Shown: piece after piece, positions 18,680 to 28,530 of the stretch
Layout: every line of letters begins with the position of its first letter
Position numbering within the stretch: position 1 is the stretch's first letter
DNA from: an uncultured candidatus Porisulfidus sp.
GTDB lineage: Bacteria; Pseudomonadota; Gammaproteobacteria; Poriferisulfidales; Poriferisulfidaceae
Direction: 5' to 3'
Assembly: GCA_965204575.1 (NCBI GenBank)
Contig: OZ241993.1
Coordinates: forward strand, 64,001-128,000
Length of the DNA stretch: 64,000 nt
Notes under the pieces: generated by a model
What the model was told of the DNA's origin: nothing
The model's input: only the letters and a program-made list of their open reading frames with translations
Database searches by the model: none
Program-made: the position numbers and the translations under genes

Positions 18680-19023
18680 AACGCCCGTACATTCCAGACG
18701 CGGGAGATATCGTGTGGCTCAGTTTTTCTCCACAATCCGGGCACGAGCAGGCCGGGCGCCGCCCCGCCCTTGTGCTGAGTCCCCGAGACTACAACAAAAA
18801 GGCCGAGATGGCCCTGTTTTGCCCAATCACCTCGCAAATCAAAGACTACCCCTTTGAGGTTCACCTGCCCTCGGATGGTGCTGTTACCGGCGTTATCCTA
18901 GCCGACCAAGTTAGGAGCTTGGACTGGCGGGCACGCCAGTGCCGTTTTGATTCGAAAGCCTCACCTCGGATGGTGAGCGAAACTCTGGAGAAGTTGTCGG
19001 CCCTTTTGGACCAAAATGGATAG
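18673..19023 (+). CDS. mazF: MazF endoribonuclease toxin
   Basis: YIPDAGDIVWLSFSPQSGHEQAGRRPALVLSP, CPITSQ, DQVRSLDWRAR. Confidence 0.93.
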   Translation: MVKRPYIPDAGDIVWLSFSPQSGHEQAGRRPALVLSPRDYNKKAEMALFCPITSQIKDYPFEVHLPSDGAVTGVILADQVRSLDWRARQCRFDSKASPRMVSETLEKLSALLDQNG

Positions 19024-19875
19024 TTAAGCCAGCGCGACGCGCAACTTTTTCATTGCGGCAGCTTCAATCTGTCGAATCCGCTCACCCGAAACACCAAACT
19101 CTTCCGCCAGTTCCTGCAAGGTCCGCTTGGGCTCGGCAAACCAACGCTGCTGCAAGATCGAACGGCTGCGCTCATCCAACTCAGCCAACGCTTCGTGCAA
19201 GCGTGCATCACGGGTCTGTGCGTAATCTTCCGCCTCCACTTGCGGAGCCGGATCGGCACCGGGAGCCGGAAGATATGCCATCGGGGAAAGTGGAGCTTCC
19301 TCGTCGTCGGAATCTATCTCAAACGGCATGTCCGGCTGATTGAGACGGGACTCCATGTCCCGGATCTCACGGGCAGTCACGCCCAAGTCCTCCGCCACCG
19401 CGTTCACTTCGTCCTCATTCATCCAACCCAGCCGCTTCTTGGCCTTGCGCAGGTTGAAGAACAGTTTGCGCTGCGCCTTGGTCGTGGCCATCTTGACGAT
19501 GCGCCAGTTGCGCAGGACATATTCATGGATTTCGGCACGGATCCAGTGCACGGCGAAAGACACCAGCCGTACTCCGACCTCGGGATCGAAGCGTTTCACC
19601 GCCTTCATCAGGCCGATGCTGCCTTCCTGGATCAAGTCCGCTAGCGGCAGGCCATAGCCGCTATAGCCGCGGGCCACGTGGATCACGAAACGGAGGTTGT
19701 GCAGCACCAACTTACGCGCCGCCTCGACATCACCCTCATCGCGCAGGCGCAACGCCAGCTCGCGCTCCTCTTCAGGGCTGAGCACCGGCAAACTGTAGGC
19801 CAGCTGGATATATTGATCCAGACTGCCCGCCGCAACCGGCAGGTTTGGGGCGTAGTCCGAAACCGCTTGTGCCAT
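19024..19875 (-). CDS. rpoH: RNA polymerase sigma-32
   Basis: [17 protein letters not shown]; RpoH box QRKLFFNLR; region 4 ERIRQIE. Confidence 0.95.
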   Translation of the reverse strand: MAQAVSDYAPNLPVAAGSLDQYIQLAYSLPVLSPEEERELALRLRDEGDVEAARKLVLHNLRFVIHVARGYSGYGLPLADLIQEGSIGLMKAVKRFDPEVGVRLVSFAVHWIRAEIHEYVLRNWRIVKMATTKAQRKLFFNLRKAKKRLGWMNEDEVNAVAEDLGVTAREIRDMESRLNQPDMPFEIDSDDEEAPLSPMAYLPAPGADPAPQVEAEDYAQTRDARLHEALAELDERSRSILQQRWFAEPKRTLQELAEEFGVSGERIRQIEAAAMKKLRVALA

Positions 19876-20086
19876 TTATTTTCTCCCGGAACAGGGAAAT
19901 TTCCCCTGCCCGCGACACCCTATTTTAGCAAATTGGGGTATTCTTGTCCACATTTCAAGCCCTATGCCTTTTGCCGCCCGTTTGGTCGAGGCATTTGATT
20001 TGACTGCTGATTTTACCGAAAATTCCCTCGGCCCACCGCTCCGGCATACTATTTTCGGCCCCATCGCGAATTACGCCATTACTATA

Positions 20087-21454
20087 ATGCGCCACATGAT
20101 TGACCTCCTGTATCCCCGTTTTTTCCTTCTGCTGGCGCTCGCGCTGCCCCATGCAGCGTTGGCGGAACCGCCTCCGGTGTTCACCCGAACCCTGGACAAC
20201 GGCCTGAAAGTGCTGGTACAACCCGATACGCGAGCCCCGGTGGCCGTCCAGCAACTTTGGTACGGCGTCGGCGCCGCCCATGAATCCCCAGGCCAGACTG
20301 GCATCAGCCATTTGCTGGAACACATGATGTTCCGGGGCACCGAACGCTATCCCGGGGAGGCATTCAGCCACACCATCGCCTCTCTCGGCGGCCGCGACAA
20401 CGCCTTCACCGGCCGCGACTACACGGCCTACTACCAGATTCTCGGCAGCGACCAGCTTGCGGTCGCGATGGAGATGGAGGCCGACCGCATGCAGAACCTG
20501 CTCCTGACCGAGGCGGATATCGAAAAGGAACTGGAGGTCGTGAAGGAGGAACGCCGGCTGCGGACCGAAGATCGGCCCGAGTCCTTGGCGTTCGAACAGC
20601 TGCAGGCGACCGCGTTCCAGAACCATCCGTACGGCCAACCGGTGATCGGATGGATGAGCGACATCGCGCAATTGGACCAGCAGCAGTTGCGTGACTGGCA
20701 ACGGCGCTGGTACGCCCCCAGCAATGCACGTCTGGTGGTGGTCGGCGACGTGGATCCGGAGCAGATCTTCGAGATGGCCGAAGAGCATTTCGGGTCTGTC
20801 CCGAATCATGAAATCACACCTACCCCAAGGCGCCAGGAACCGGTGCAACGAGGCGCGCGCAATGTCTCCCTGCGCATTCCCGCCCAGACTGAATACCTGC
20901 TCATCGGCTACAAGACCCCGGTCATGGCGCAGCTGCCCAAGAAACAACGCTGGGAAGCCTATGCGCTATCCATGCTGACCTCCATACTGGACGGCGGCAA
21001 TGCCTCACGGCTGGCAAAACGGCTGGTCCGAGGCCAGAAAATCGCTGCCAGCGCCAGTGCCGCCTACTCCCTGTACAGCGCTCTCAACAGCCTGCTCGTC
21101 CTGGATGCCACGCCCAACCCGGGGCACACCGCGGAAGAGATGGAACAGGCCCTACTCGCAGAAATTGCCGATCTTCAGGCCAACCCGGTCAGCGAAGCCG
21201 AACTGCAACGCGCCCGTGCGCAAGTGATCGCGCACATGGTCTACGCCCAGGACTCCCTGCGCCATCGCGCCTACATGATCGGAATGCTTGAGACGAACGG
21301 CCTCGGCTGGGAAATCGAACAGCAACTGGTCGCCGGCTACCAGGCCGTCACCGCCGCACAATTGCAGGAGGTCGCCCAGCGCTATCTGACCGACTACACC
21401 CGCACCACGGTCACGATCCACCCCATCGACATCACTGCAATCCCGGCCCCTTGA
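20087..21454 (+). CDS. M16 family zinc peptidase, catalytic subunit
   Basis: HLLEH inverted zinc motif, NAFT, VVKEERR; signal peptide; start uncertain. Confidence 0.9.
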   Translation: MRHMIDLLYPRFFLLLALALPHAALAEPPPVFTRTLDNGLKVLVQPDTRAPVAVQQLWYGVGAAHESPGQTGISHLLEHMMFRGTERYPGEAFSHTIASLGGRDNAFTGRDYTAYYQILGSDQLAVAMEMEADRMQNLLLTEADIEKELEVVKEERRLRTEDRPESLAFEQLQATAFQNHPYGQPVIGWMSDIAQLDQQQLRDWQRRWYAPSNARLVVVGDVDPEQIFEMAEEHFGSVPNHEITPTPRRQEPVQRGARNVSLRIPAQTEYLLIGYKTPVMAQLPKKQRWEAYALSMLTSILDGGNASRLAKRLVRGQKIAASASAAYSLYSALNSLLVLDATPNPGHTAEEMEQALLAEIADLQANPVSEAELQRARAQVIAHMVYAQDSLRHRAYMIGMLETNGLGWEIEQQLVAGYQAVTAAQLQEVAQRYLTDYTRTTVTIHPIDITAIPAP

Positions 21455-22764
21455 CCATGCCTCGAATCCTAACTGCCAGTCTTCTGGCCCTCGCCATCGG
21501 CACGCAGGCGCAGGCCGGTCCGCGCATCGAACACTGGACCAGCGACAGCGGCACCCCGGTGTACTTCATTGCCGCCCCGCAGATTCCTATGCTGGACATC
21601 CAAGTCGTTCTGGATGCCGGCAACAGTCGCGACGGCGCGCTTCCAGGACTGTCGCAAATCACCCATGCCCTGCTCAACACCGGCGCGGGAGACCTGGATG
21701 CGGACGCCATCGCCCAGCAATTCGAGGACGTCGGCGCGGCCTACAATGCCGAAGTCTGGCTGGACCGCTCCATGCTGTCCCTGCGCACCCTGGTGGATCC
21801 CGAATGGCGGGAACAGGCCCTGCAGACTTTCGTGACGTTGATCGGCCAGCCCGGATTTCCAGAGTCGGAACTGGAACGCCGCCGGAAACAGATGGAGGTC
21901 GCGCTCAAGAAGATCGAGGAGGATCCCGGCGCCATCGCGAAACGGGCCTTCTACCAGGCCGTCTATCCGGGTCACCCTTACTCTTCGCCTACCGCGGGGA
22001 CCCGTGATTCCCTCGCCGCCATCACCCGAAGCGATGTCGAGGCGTTCTACCGGACTTTCTTTTCCGCCGCCGGTGCCGTCGTCGCGATGGTCGGCGCCAT
22101 AGACCGGACCGAAGCCGAAACAATCGCAAACCGTATCAGCCAAGCACTCCCGCAAGGACCGGAACCGGAGCCGCTGCCGCCGCCCTCCGCGGTGACCGAA
22201 GCGAAAACCGTGACCATCCCGCACCCGTCCGAGCAGGCGCATGTCCTGATCGGCCGGCAGGGAGTCGCCCGCGGGGAGGCACTTCACTTCCCGCTGTATC
22301 TCGGCAACTTCACCTTGGGCGGCGGCGGGTTCTCTTCGCGCCTGATGCAGGAAATCCGCAACAACCAGGGCCTCGCCTATTCCGTGTACAGTTATTTCTT
22401 CCCCATGAGACATCGCGGACCCTTCCGGCTGGGATTCCAGACACGGAAGGACCAGGTCGATCAGGCTCTGGACGCGGCCTATGCGGAGGTGCGGCGTTTT
22501 GTGGCCGACGGGCCGACCGAAGAAGAACTGGAGCACAGCCGTAACAGCCTGGTGTTGGGATTCCCGCTGCGGATCGCGGACAATGCCAGCATGATCAACT
22601 ACCTCTCGATGATCGGCTACTACCGCCTGCCCCTGGACTACTTGGACACCTGGGCGGCGCGAATCAGCGCCATCAGCCATGAGCAGATCGTCACGGCGTT
22701 CCAAGACCGGCTGGACCCCGACCAAATGATCACGGTGATCGTCGGTGGCCAAGACCAGCCCTAA
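21451..22764 (+). CDS. M16 family peptidase, non-catalytic partner subunit
   Basis: Lacks HxxEH; LGGGGFSSRLMQEIRNNQGLAYSVYS; coupled to preceding gene. Confidence 0.88.
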   Translation: MTMPRILTASLLALAIGTQAQAGPRIEHWTSDSGTPVYFIAAPQIPMLDIQVVLDAGNSRDGALPGLSQITHALLNTGAGDLDADAIAQQFEDVGAAYNAEVWLDRSMLSLRTLVDPEWREQALQTFVTLIGQPGFPESELERRRKQMEVALKKIEEDPGAIAKRAFYQAVYPGHPYSSPTAGTRDSLAAITRSDVEAFYRTFFSAAGAVVAMVGAIDRTEAETIANRISQALPQGPEPEPLPPPSAVTEAKTVTIPHPSEQAHVLIGRQGVARGEALHFPLYLGNFTLGGGGFSSRLMQEIRNNQGLAYSVYSYFFPMRHRGPFRLGFQTRKDQVDQALDAAYAEVRRFVADGPTEEELEHSRNSLVLGFPLRIADNASMINYLSMIGYYRLPLDYLDTWAARISAISHEQIVTAFQDRLDPDQMITVIVGGQDQP

Positions 22765-23362
22765 GAACCAACCGCCGCAACGGGTCCGCATCATCGCCGG
22801 CCTCTGGCGCGGCCGTTATCTCCAGGTTCCTTCCATTCCCTCGGTGCGGCCGACCCCCGCGCGGGTGCGCGAGACCGTGTTCAACTGGCTGGCTGGAAAC
22901 GTCGAAAATGCCGAATGCGCCGACCTTTATGCCGGCAGCGGAGCCTTGGGGTTCGAAGCCGCTTCGCGCGGAGCCCGGCAGGTCACGCTGGTGGACCGCA
23001 ATCGCACCATCGTGCAATGCCTGCGACAGGAAACGCAAAGATTTTCCGCCACGCAGATCGAAGTCGTGCATGCCCGGGCGCTGGCCTATATCGACTGCCT
23101 GCGCGAACCGCTTGACATCCTGTTCATCGATCCGCCATTCGCGCTGGGCACCGAACTGCTCGAAAAAACCTGCTCGCACCTTGCCGCATCCCGAGCCCTG
23201 AAAGAATCCAGCCTCGTCTACGTCGAATCCCCCGCCGATTGGATCGTGCGGATTCCTTCCCGCTGGACTTCGCTGAAATCCAAGCAGGCCGGGCAGGTCG
23301 GCTACCACTTGTTCGCGGCACGCCCCTACGTTCCATCCGACCCGGCGACGCCCTCCTCATAG
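22745..23362 (+). CDS. rsmD: 16S rRNA m2G966 methyltransferase
   Basis: RIIAGLWRGR, RPTPARVRETVFNWL, DLYAGSGALG, DPPF. Confidence 0.94.
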   Translation: MAKTSPKNQPPQRVRIIAGLWRGRYLQVPSIPSVRPTPARVRETVFNWLAGNVENAECADLYAGSGALGFEAASRGARQVTLVDRNRTIVQCLRQETQRFSATQIEVVHARALAYIDCLREPLDILFIDPPFALGTELLEKTCSHLAASRALKESSLVYVESPADWIVRIPSRWTSLKSKQAGQVGYHLFAARPYVPSDPATPSS

Positions 23363-23381
23363 TTACAATGGGGGGAGAACC

Positions 23382-23864
23382 ATGACTCGTTGCGCAATCT
23401 ACCCGGGGACTTTCGACCCCCTCACGTTCGGCCACATCGACCTGGCCCAACGCGCATTGCGCCTGTTCGACCGGCTGATCGTCGCCATCGCGACCGATGC
23501 CGGCAAACATCCCACCTTCACGGCGGAGGAACGCGTCGAAATGGCGCAACTGGCCTTCGCCGACGAGGGCGACAAGATAGAAATCTCTTCCTTCGACGGC
23601 CTGCTCGTCGATTTTGCGCGGGACATGGGGGCGCAAGCCATCATTCGGGGCCTGCGGGCCGTATCGGATTTCGAGTACGAGTTCCAGCTCGCCAGCATGA
23701 ACCGAGAGTTGGCTCCGGACCTGGAGTCCATCTTCCTGACGCCCGGCAAGGAATATGCTTTCGTTTCATCGTCGCTGGTCAAGGAAGTGGCCATGCTGGG
23801 CGGCGACGTCTCGCATTTCGTGCCCAGGGAAATCGAGCAGATGCTGATTTCCAAACTTCGCTAA
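23382..23864 (+). CDS. coaD: Phosphopantetheine adenylyltransferase
   Basis: YPGTFDPLTFGH, RGLRAVSDFEYE, SSSLVKEVA. Confidence 0.97.
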   Translation: MTRCAIYPGTFDPLTFGHIDLAQRALRLFDRLIVAIATDAGKHPTFTAEERVEMAQLAFADEGDKIEISSFDGLLVDFARDMGAQAIIRGLRAVSDFEYEFQLASMNRELAPDLESIFLTPGKEYAFVSSSLVKEVAMLGGDVSHFVPREIEQMLISKLR

Positions 23865-23901
23865 GCATAAGCCTTTCTTGAAATAGCCTGACTCCTGAAG
23901 G

Positions 23902-25578
23902 ATGTTCTTGGTGAAACGGCCGGCCCTGCTGCTCTGCCTGTTCCTCCTGTCCGGCGGCCTGTCGACGGCCTCGGCCAATCCACCCGGACATGCCTTGGCG
24001 ACCGCGCATCCGGCCGCAACCGAGGCTGGTCTCGAAATCCTCAATGCCGGCGGCAACGCCTTCGATGCGGCCATTGCGGTTTCGGCGGTTCTGGGTGTCG
24101 TGGAACCCTACAGCTCGGGAATCGGCGGCGGCGGTTTCTTCCTCTTGCACGACAGTGCCCGAAACCACACCACGATGCTGGACGCCCGCGAACGCGCCCC
24201 GCTGGCCGCCCACCGCGACTTGTACCTGGATGCGGACGGAAACGTGGACCGCGACCGGGCGCTGAACGGTCCCCTGGCCGCCGGCATTCCCGGAATCGCC
24301 GCCGCCTGGGGTCACCTGGCGGAGCACTATGCGCAACTGCCGCTCGCTCGCTCGCTCGAAACCGCCATCCATCACGCCCGGGACGGCGTGCCGCTCAACC
24401 CCAAACTGCGACAAGCCATGGCCGCGCGGGCAGAAGCTTTTCTGCGCTGGCCGGGTTCTTCGGTCTTCGTGCTGGACTCTCCCAATCCGCCACCCGATAC
24501 GCGGATCGTCCAAGACGACCTGGCATCAACTTTGGCCCTGCTGGCCGAAAAGGGAGCGCAGGGCTTTTATCGCGGCCCGCTCGCGGAAACCTTGGTTGCG
24601 GAAGTCCAGGACGCCGGCGGCATTTGGTCGCTTGAAGACCTCGAACAGTACCGAGTCGTCGAGCGGGAACCGGTCACGGTCCACTGGCGCGGTGCCGAGA
24701 TCGTGACGGCAGCGCTGCCCTCCGCAACCGGCGTCATGCTGGCGCAGGCCTTCAACATGTTGGGCGAGGACTGGCTCGACGAAAAAAGGGGCGACGTTCG
24801 CGTTCATCGCCTGATCGAGGCCTTGCGCCGGGCCTACCTGGAGCGTGCCGCACACCTGGGCGACCCCGACCACGTGGACGTTCCGGTCGAGCGACTGACC
24901 GGCGCGGAGCATGCCCGGGAACTGATGGCGGATTTCGATCCCGGGCACGCCACTTCTTCCCAAAGCCTCTACACGGCCGAACCGGAAGCCGGGAACACCA
25001 CGCATTTCAGCATTCTGGACCGGGACGGCAACTGGGTCAGCGCCACTTTGTCCATCAACGGCCTGTTTGGCTCCGGGTTCATCGCGCCCGGCACCGGAGT
25101 CCTGCTGAACAACGAGATGGACGATTTCTCCGCCAAACCCGGCAGCCCGAATCTGTATGGCCTGATCGGCAGCGAGGCCAACGCCATCGCACCCGGAAAA
25201 CGCATGTTGTCTTCGATGGCGCCGACTGCCGTACACCACGCCAACACGCTGGCCCTGCTCGGAACCCCCGGCGGCAGCCGGATTACCACGATGGTGATGC
25301 AGGGGATCCTGCAGTTCCTGCAAGGCGCCAATGCCGAATCCCTCGTCTCCAGCCCGCGACTGCACCACCAGGCCCTGCCGGACAAGGTCTTCATCGAGCC
25401 CGATACGGTGGTGGACCGAGAGCGGCTTGAAGCAAAAGGGCATGTGTTCGAGGTTGCAGAACCCTGGGGCAACATGCAGGTGGTGGTGTGGGATACCCAC
25501 GAAGCTCGGCTGGATGCCGCATCGGACCCCCGGGGTCTCGGGTCTGCGAAAATCGAGATGCTGAATACCAATGACTAA
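23902..25578 (+). CDS. ggt: Gamma-glutamyltransferase
   Basis: GGNAFDAA, SGIGGGGF, TTHFS nucleophile, LLNNEMDDF, PGKRMLSSMAPT. Confidence 0.94.
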   Translation: MFLVKRPALLLCLFLLSGGLSTASANPPGHALATAHPAATEAGLEILNAGGNAFDAAIAVSAVLGVVEPYSSGIGGGGFFLLHDSARNHTTMLDARERAPLAAHRDLYLDADGNVDRDRALNGPLAAGIPGIAAAWGHLAEHYAQLPLARSLETAIHHARDGVPLNPKLRQAMAARAEAFLRWPGSSVFVLDSPNPPPDTRIVQDDLASTLALLAEKGAQGFYRGPLAETLVAEVQDAGGIWSLEDLEQYRVVEREPVTVHWRGAEIVTAALPSATGVMLAQAFNMLGEDWLDEKRGDVRVHRLIEALRRAYLERAAHLGDPDHVDVPVERLTGAEHARELMADFDPGHATSSQSLYTAEPEAGNTTHFSILDRDGNWVSATLSINGLFGSGFIAPGTGVLLNNEMDDFSAKPGSPNLYGLIGSEANAIAPGKRMLSSMAPTAVHHANTLALLGTPGGSRITTMVMQGILQFLQGANAESLVSSPRLHHQALPDKVFIEPDTVVDRERLEAKGHVFEVAEPWGNMQVVVWDTHEARLDAASDPRGLGSAKIEMLNTND

Positions 25579-25699
25579 GAGGTCATTGCCGCCGTCTTCC
25601 AAGGCTCAGGGGGGTTATACTAGTCAACCTCCAAAACCGGTCCAGGCGAACCCGGGATTCCTTCCTTACGTATGGAGTATCTGGGAGATGAGGAGCTGA

Positions 25700-26875
25700 A
25701 TGGACGACGACGCGATCAAAGACGCTAAAGTCAAAATCCTGGTCGTCGACGACGAAGTGGATCTGGAGCAGCTGATGTTGCAACAGATGCGCAGGGAGAT
25801 CCGGCGCGGGCGCTACTCTTTTGAATTCGCGCACAACGGTGCGGAAGCCTTGGAGCGCTTGCGCGAGGAGCCCGATTTCGACATCGTGCTGTCCGACATC
25901 AACATGCCCGTGATGGACGGGCTGACGATGCTGGAACAGATCCCGGACGTCAACCCCAACATCCGCGCCGTGATGGTTTCCGCCTACGGCGACATGGAAA
26001 ACATCCGTACCGCGATGAATCGCGGAGCATTCGACTTCGTCACCAAGCCGATCGACTTCGGAGACCTCAAGGTGACGGTGGAGCGCACGGTTGAAAACCT
26101 GATGCTGTGGCGCGAAGCATTAAGTTCGCGCGACAAGCTCGTCGCGGTCCAGCACGAACTGGGCGTGGCGCAGTCAATGCAACAGAACATCCTTCCCCAA
26201 ACTTTTCCGACGACTGAAAACTTCGACGTCTACGCCCACATGGTCGCGGCCCGTTCCGTCGGTGGCGATTTTTATGATGTCTACGACCTTGGCAACGGCC
26301 GGCTGGGCGTCGTCATCGCCGACGTGTCGGACAAGGGCGTGCCGGCAGCCATGTTCATGATGGCCAGCCGAACGCTGCTGAAAGCCTGTGCGTTTTGCTC
26401 CGTTTCCCCCTCCCAGGTTCTGGGACAGGTGAATCAGATGCTGTCCGAAAACAACGAGGCCATGACCTTCGTGACTCTCCTGTACGGCATTTACGACCCC
26501 GAAACCAGGAGTTTCACCTACTCGAATGCCGGTCACAACTTCCCTATCGTCGTCCGCCCGGGACCCTCGGTGGAACTGCTGGAATCCACTGGCGGCATTG
26601 CCCTCGGTATCGAGGGAGAATTCCCGTTCCAGGAAGAGACCACGACCCTCGAGCCGGGCTCCATGATCGTGCTGTATACCGATGGGGTATCGGAGGCGGA
26701 AAGGGAGAACGGCGAAATGTTCGAGATGGAACGATTTGGCCAGATTTTCAAAGACAATTCCTACGAGAGCGCCCAACAGGCCACGGACGCGGTATTCGAT
26801 GCCGTTCATGATTTCGTTGGCGACAGCCCGCAGTCCGACGACATCACCTGCCTGGTCCTGAAGATTTCGGAATAA
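25700..26875 (+). CDS. Receiver domain + PP2C/SpoIIE phosphatase (RsbU-like)
   Basis: ILVVDDE, SDINMP, FVTKP; VGGDFYD, IADVSDKGVPAA, YTDGV, QSDDIT. Confidence 0.92.
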   Translation: MDDDAIKDAKVKILVVDDEVDLEQLMLQQMRREIRRGRYSFEFAHNGAEALERLREEPDFDIVLSDINMPVMDGLTMLEQIPDVNPNIRAVMVSAYGDMENIRTAMNRGAFDFVTKPIDFGDLKVTVERTVENLMLWREALSSRDKLVAVQHELGVAQSMQQNILPQTFPTTENFDVYAHMVAARSVGGDFYDVYDLGNGRLGVVIADVSDKGVPAAMFMMASRTLLKACAFCSVSPSQVLGQVNQMLSENNEAMTFVTLLYGIYDPETRSFTYSNAGHNFPIVVRPGPSVELLESTGGIALGIEGEFPFQEETTTLEPGSMIVLYTDGVSEAERENGEMFEMERFGQIFKDNSYESAQQATDAVFDAVHDFVGDSPQSDDITCLVLKISE

Positions 26876-26892
26876 CCGGCACGGCCGAGAAA

Positions 26893-27309
26893 ATGGAATC
26901 CTCGCGCACCTTGATTGTCTCCAATCGCATCGAGGAAATCCGGACGATCGAGAGGTTTTTGACCGAATTCTCCGAACAGCATGACTTCCCGCCTGACGCG
27001 ATGTTCCAAATCCAGCTTTCACTGGAAGAGATTTTCACCAATGTCGTCAGCTACGGGTACGACGACGATACGGAGCACGACATCGAGATCATGCTTTCCA
27101 AAAACGGGGGGGCCGTAACCATCGAGATCGCAGATGACGGCCGCCCTTTCGATCCATTGCAGGACGCGCCGGAAATGGATGCAGAAAGCGCACTCGAAGA
27201 GCGCCGGGTTGGCGGCGCGGGAATCGCATTGACGAAAACCATGATGACTGACTTGCGCTATCACCGGGACGACGGCCGAAATCACCTGATCATGGTGAAG
27301 GATCTTTAG
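26893..27309 (+). CDS. Anti-sigma factor Ser/Thr kinase (RsbW-like HATPase)
   Basis: LEEIFTNVVSYGY, IADDGRPFDP, GGAGI. Confidence 0.9.
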   Translation: MESSRTLIVSNRIEEIRTIERFLTEFSEQHDFPPDAMFQIQLSLEEIFTNVVSYGYDDDTEHDIEIMLSKNGGAVTIEIADDGRPFDPLQDAPEMDAESALEERRVGGAGIALTKTMMTDLRYHRDDGRNHLIMVKDL

Positions 27310-27313
27310 CGAC

Positions 27314-28516
27314 GTGCGGACATTGCGGAAGCAGATTCCAAAAAGCATGTTCGCGGCTTTTGTGGCGGCGACACTGGCCGGTGTGGCTCTCGCCCAAGAC
27401 CACCAAGAATCATCCGCCGCGCCCGGAGTGTTCGAGGATCGCATCCTGTTCGGGCAGTCCGCTGCCTTCGAAGGTCCGGCTCAGGAACTCGGCCGGAGCA
27501 TGCAGGCCGGCGTTCTGGCTGCATTCAAGGAAATCAATGACCAGGGGGGCGTTCATGGGCGCCGCCTCGAACTGAGATCCCTGAATGATTCCTATGAACC
27601 GGACAAGGCCATTGCCAACACCCGACAGTTAATCGAGGAAGGCGTCTTCGCGCTGATCGGCGCAGTCGGCACCCCGACTTCCAAAGCCGTGGTGCCGGTC
27701 ACCGAAGAGAACCCCATTCCCTACCTGGCTCCGATGACCGGCGCAGAATTCTTGCGGGACAACGCGCACCATACCGTCATCAACCTTCGAGCCTCGTACT
27801 ACCAAGAAACCGAAGAAATGGTCAAACGATTGACGGTTGACCGGAAAATCAAGCGCATCGCCATTCTGTACCAGGACGATTCATTTGGCCGCGCCGGCTT
27901 GCGGGGGGTCCTTCGCGCCCTTGAGAAACGCAAGCTTTTCGCTATCGGCACGGGAGTGTTTTCCCGAAACACCGTTGCAGTCAAGACGGCGCTTCTGGAT
28001 TTGAAGGCGGTCGAACCGGAAGCCGTCATCATCATTGGCCCGTACCAGCCGACTGCGACGTTCATCAAATGGGCGCACCGCTTCGGCATGGAGTCCGCCG
28101 TTTTTATGACACTTTCCTTTGTCGGCAGCAACGCCTTGGCGAAGGAGTTAGGCGCCGATGGGGACGGAGTCCTCGTCACGCAAGTCGTTCCCTTCCCGAC
28201 AGGTGACACAGTGCCGGTTTCCGCGTTATACCGTGCCGCGCTGAAAACCTACGACCCCTCGATAACCCCCGGGTTCATCTCGTTCGAGGGCTACCTGGCT
28301 GGCCGCCTCGCCATTCATGCCCTGCAACAATGCGGTGAAAAGGTGGACCGGGACTGTATTCATTCCGCGCTGCGGAGCGGCAGCGACATTGATCTGGATG
28401 GATTCATCCTGCGGTTCGGCAAGTACGACAACCAGGGTTCGGATCGCGTATTCCTGACGGCTATCGGCCCTGATGGCCAATACATGCCGCTCACCACTTT
28501 GCCCTCTCGGCAATAG
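27314..28516 (+). CDS. Periplasmic binding protein (LivJ-like), no permease nearby
   Basis: Signal peptide; INDQGGVHGRRLEL...DSYEP, ALIGAVGTP, NLRASY. Confidence 0.85.
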   Translation: MRTLRKQIPKSMFAAFVAATLAGVALAQDHQESSAAPGVFEDRILFGQSAAFEGPAQELGRSMQAGVLAAFKEINDQGGVHGRRLELRSLNDSYEPDKAIANTRQLIEEGVFALIGAVGTPTSKAVVPVTEENPIPYLAPMTGAEFLRDNAHHTVINLRASYYQETEEMVKRLTVDRKIKRIAILYQDDSFGRAGLRGVLRALEKRKLFAIGTGVFSRNTVAVKTALLDLKAVEPEAVIIIGPYQPTATFIKWAHRFGMESAVFMTLSFVGSNALAKELGADGDGVLVTQVVPFPTGDTVPVSALYRAALKTYDPSITPGFISFEGYLAGRLAIHALQQCGEKVDRDCIHSALRSGSDIDLDGFILRFGKYDNQGSDRVFLTAIGPDGQYMPLTTLPSRQ

Positions 28517-28530
28517 AAAGGAAATTACCC

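Noticed and set aside
21469-22794. Long antisense and alternate-frame ORFs (e.g. 151-795, 21469-22794, 24526-25602, 47121-48476)
   Set aside because: Shadow ORFs opposite well-supported genes in a high-GC genome, with no recognisable motifs.
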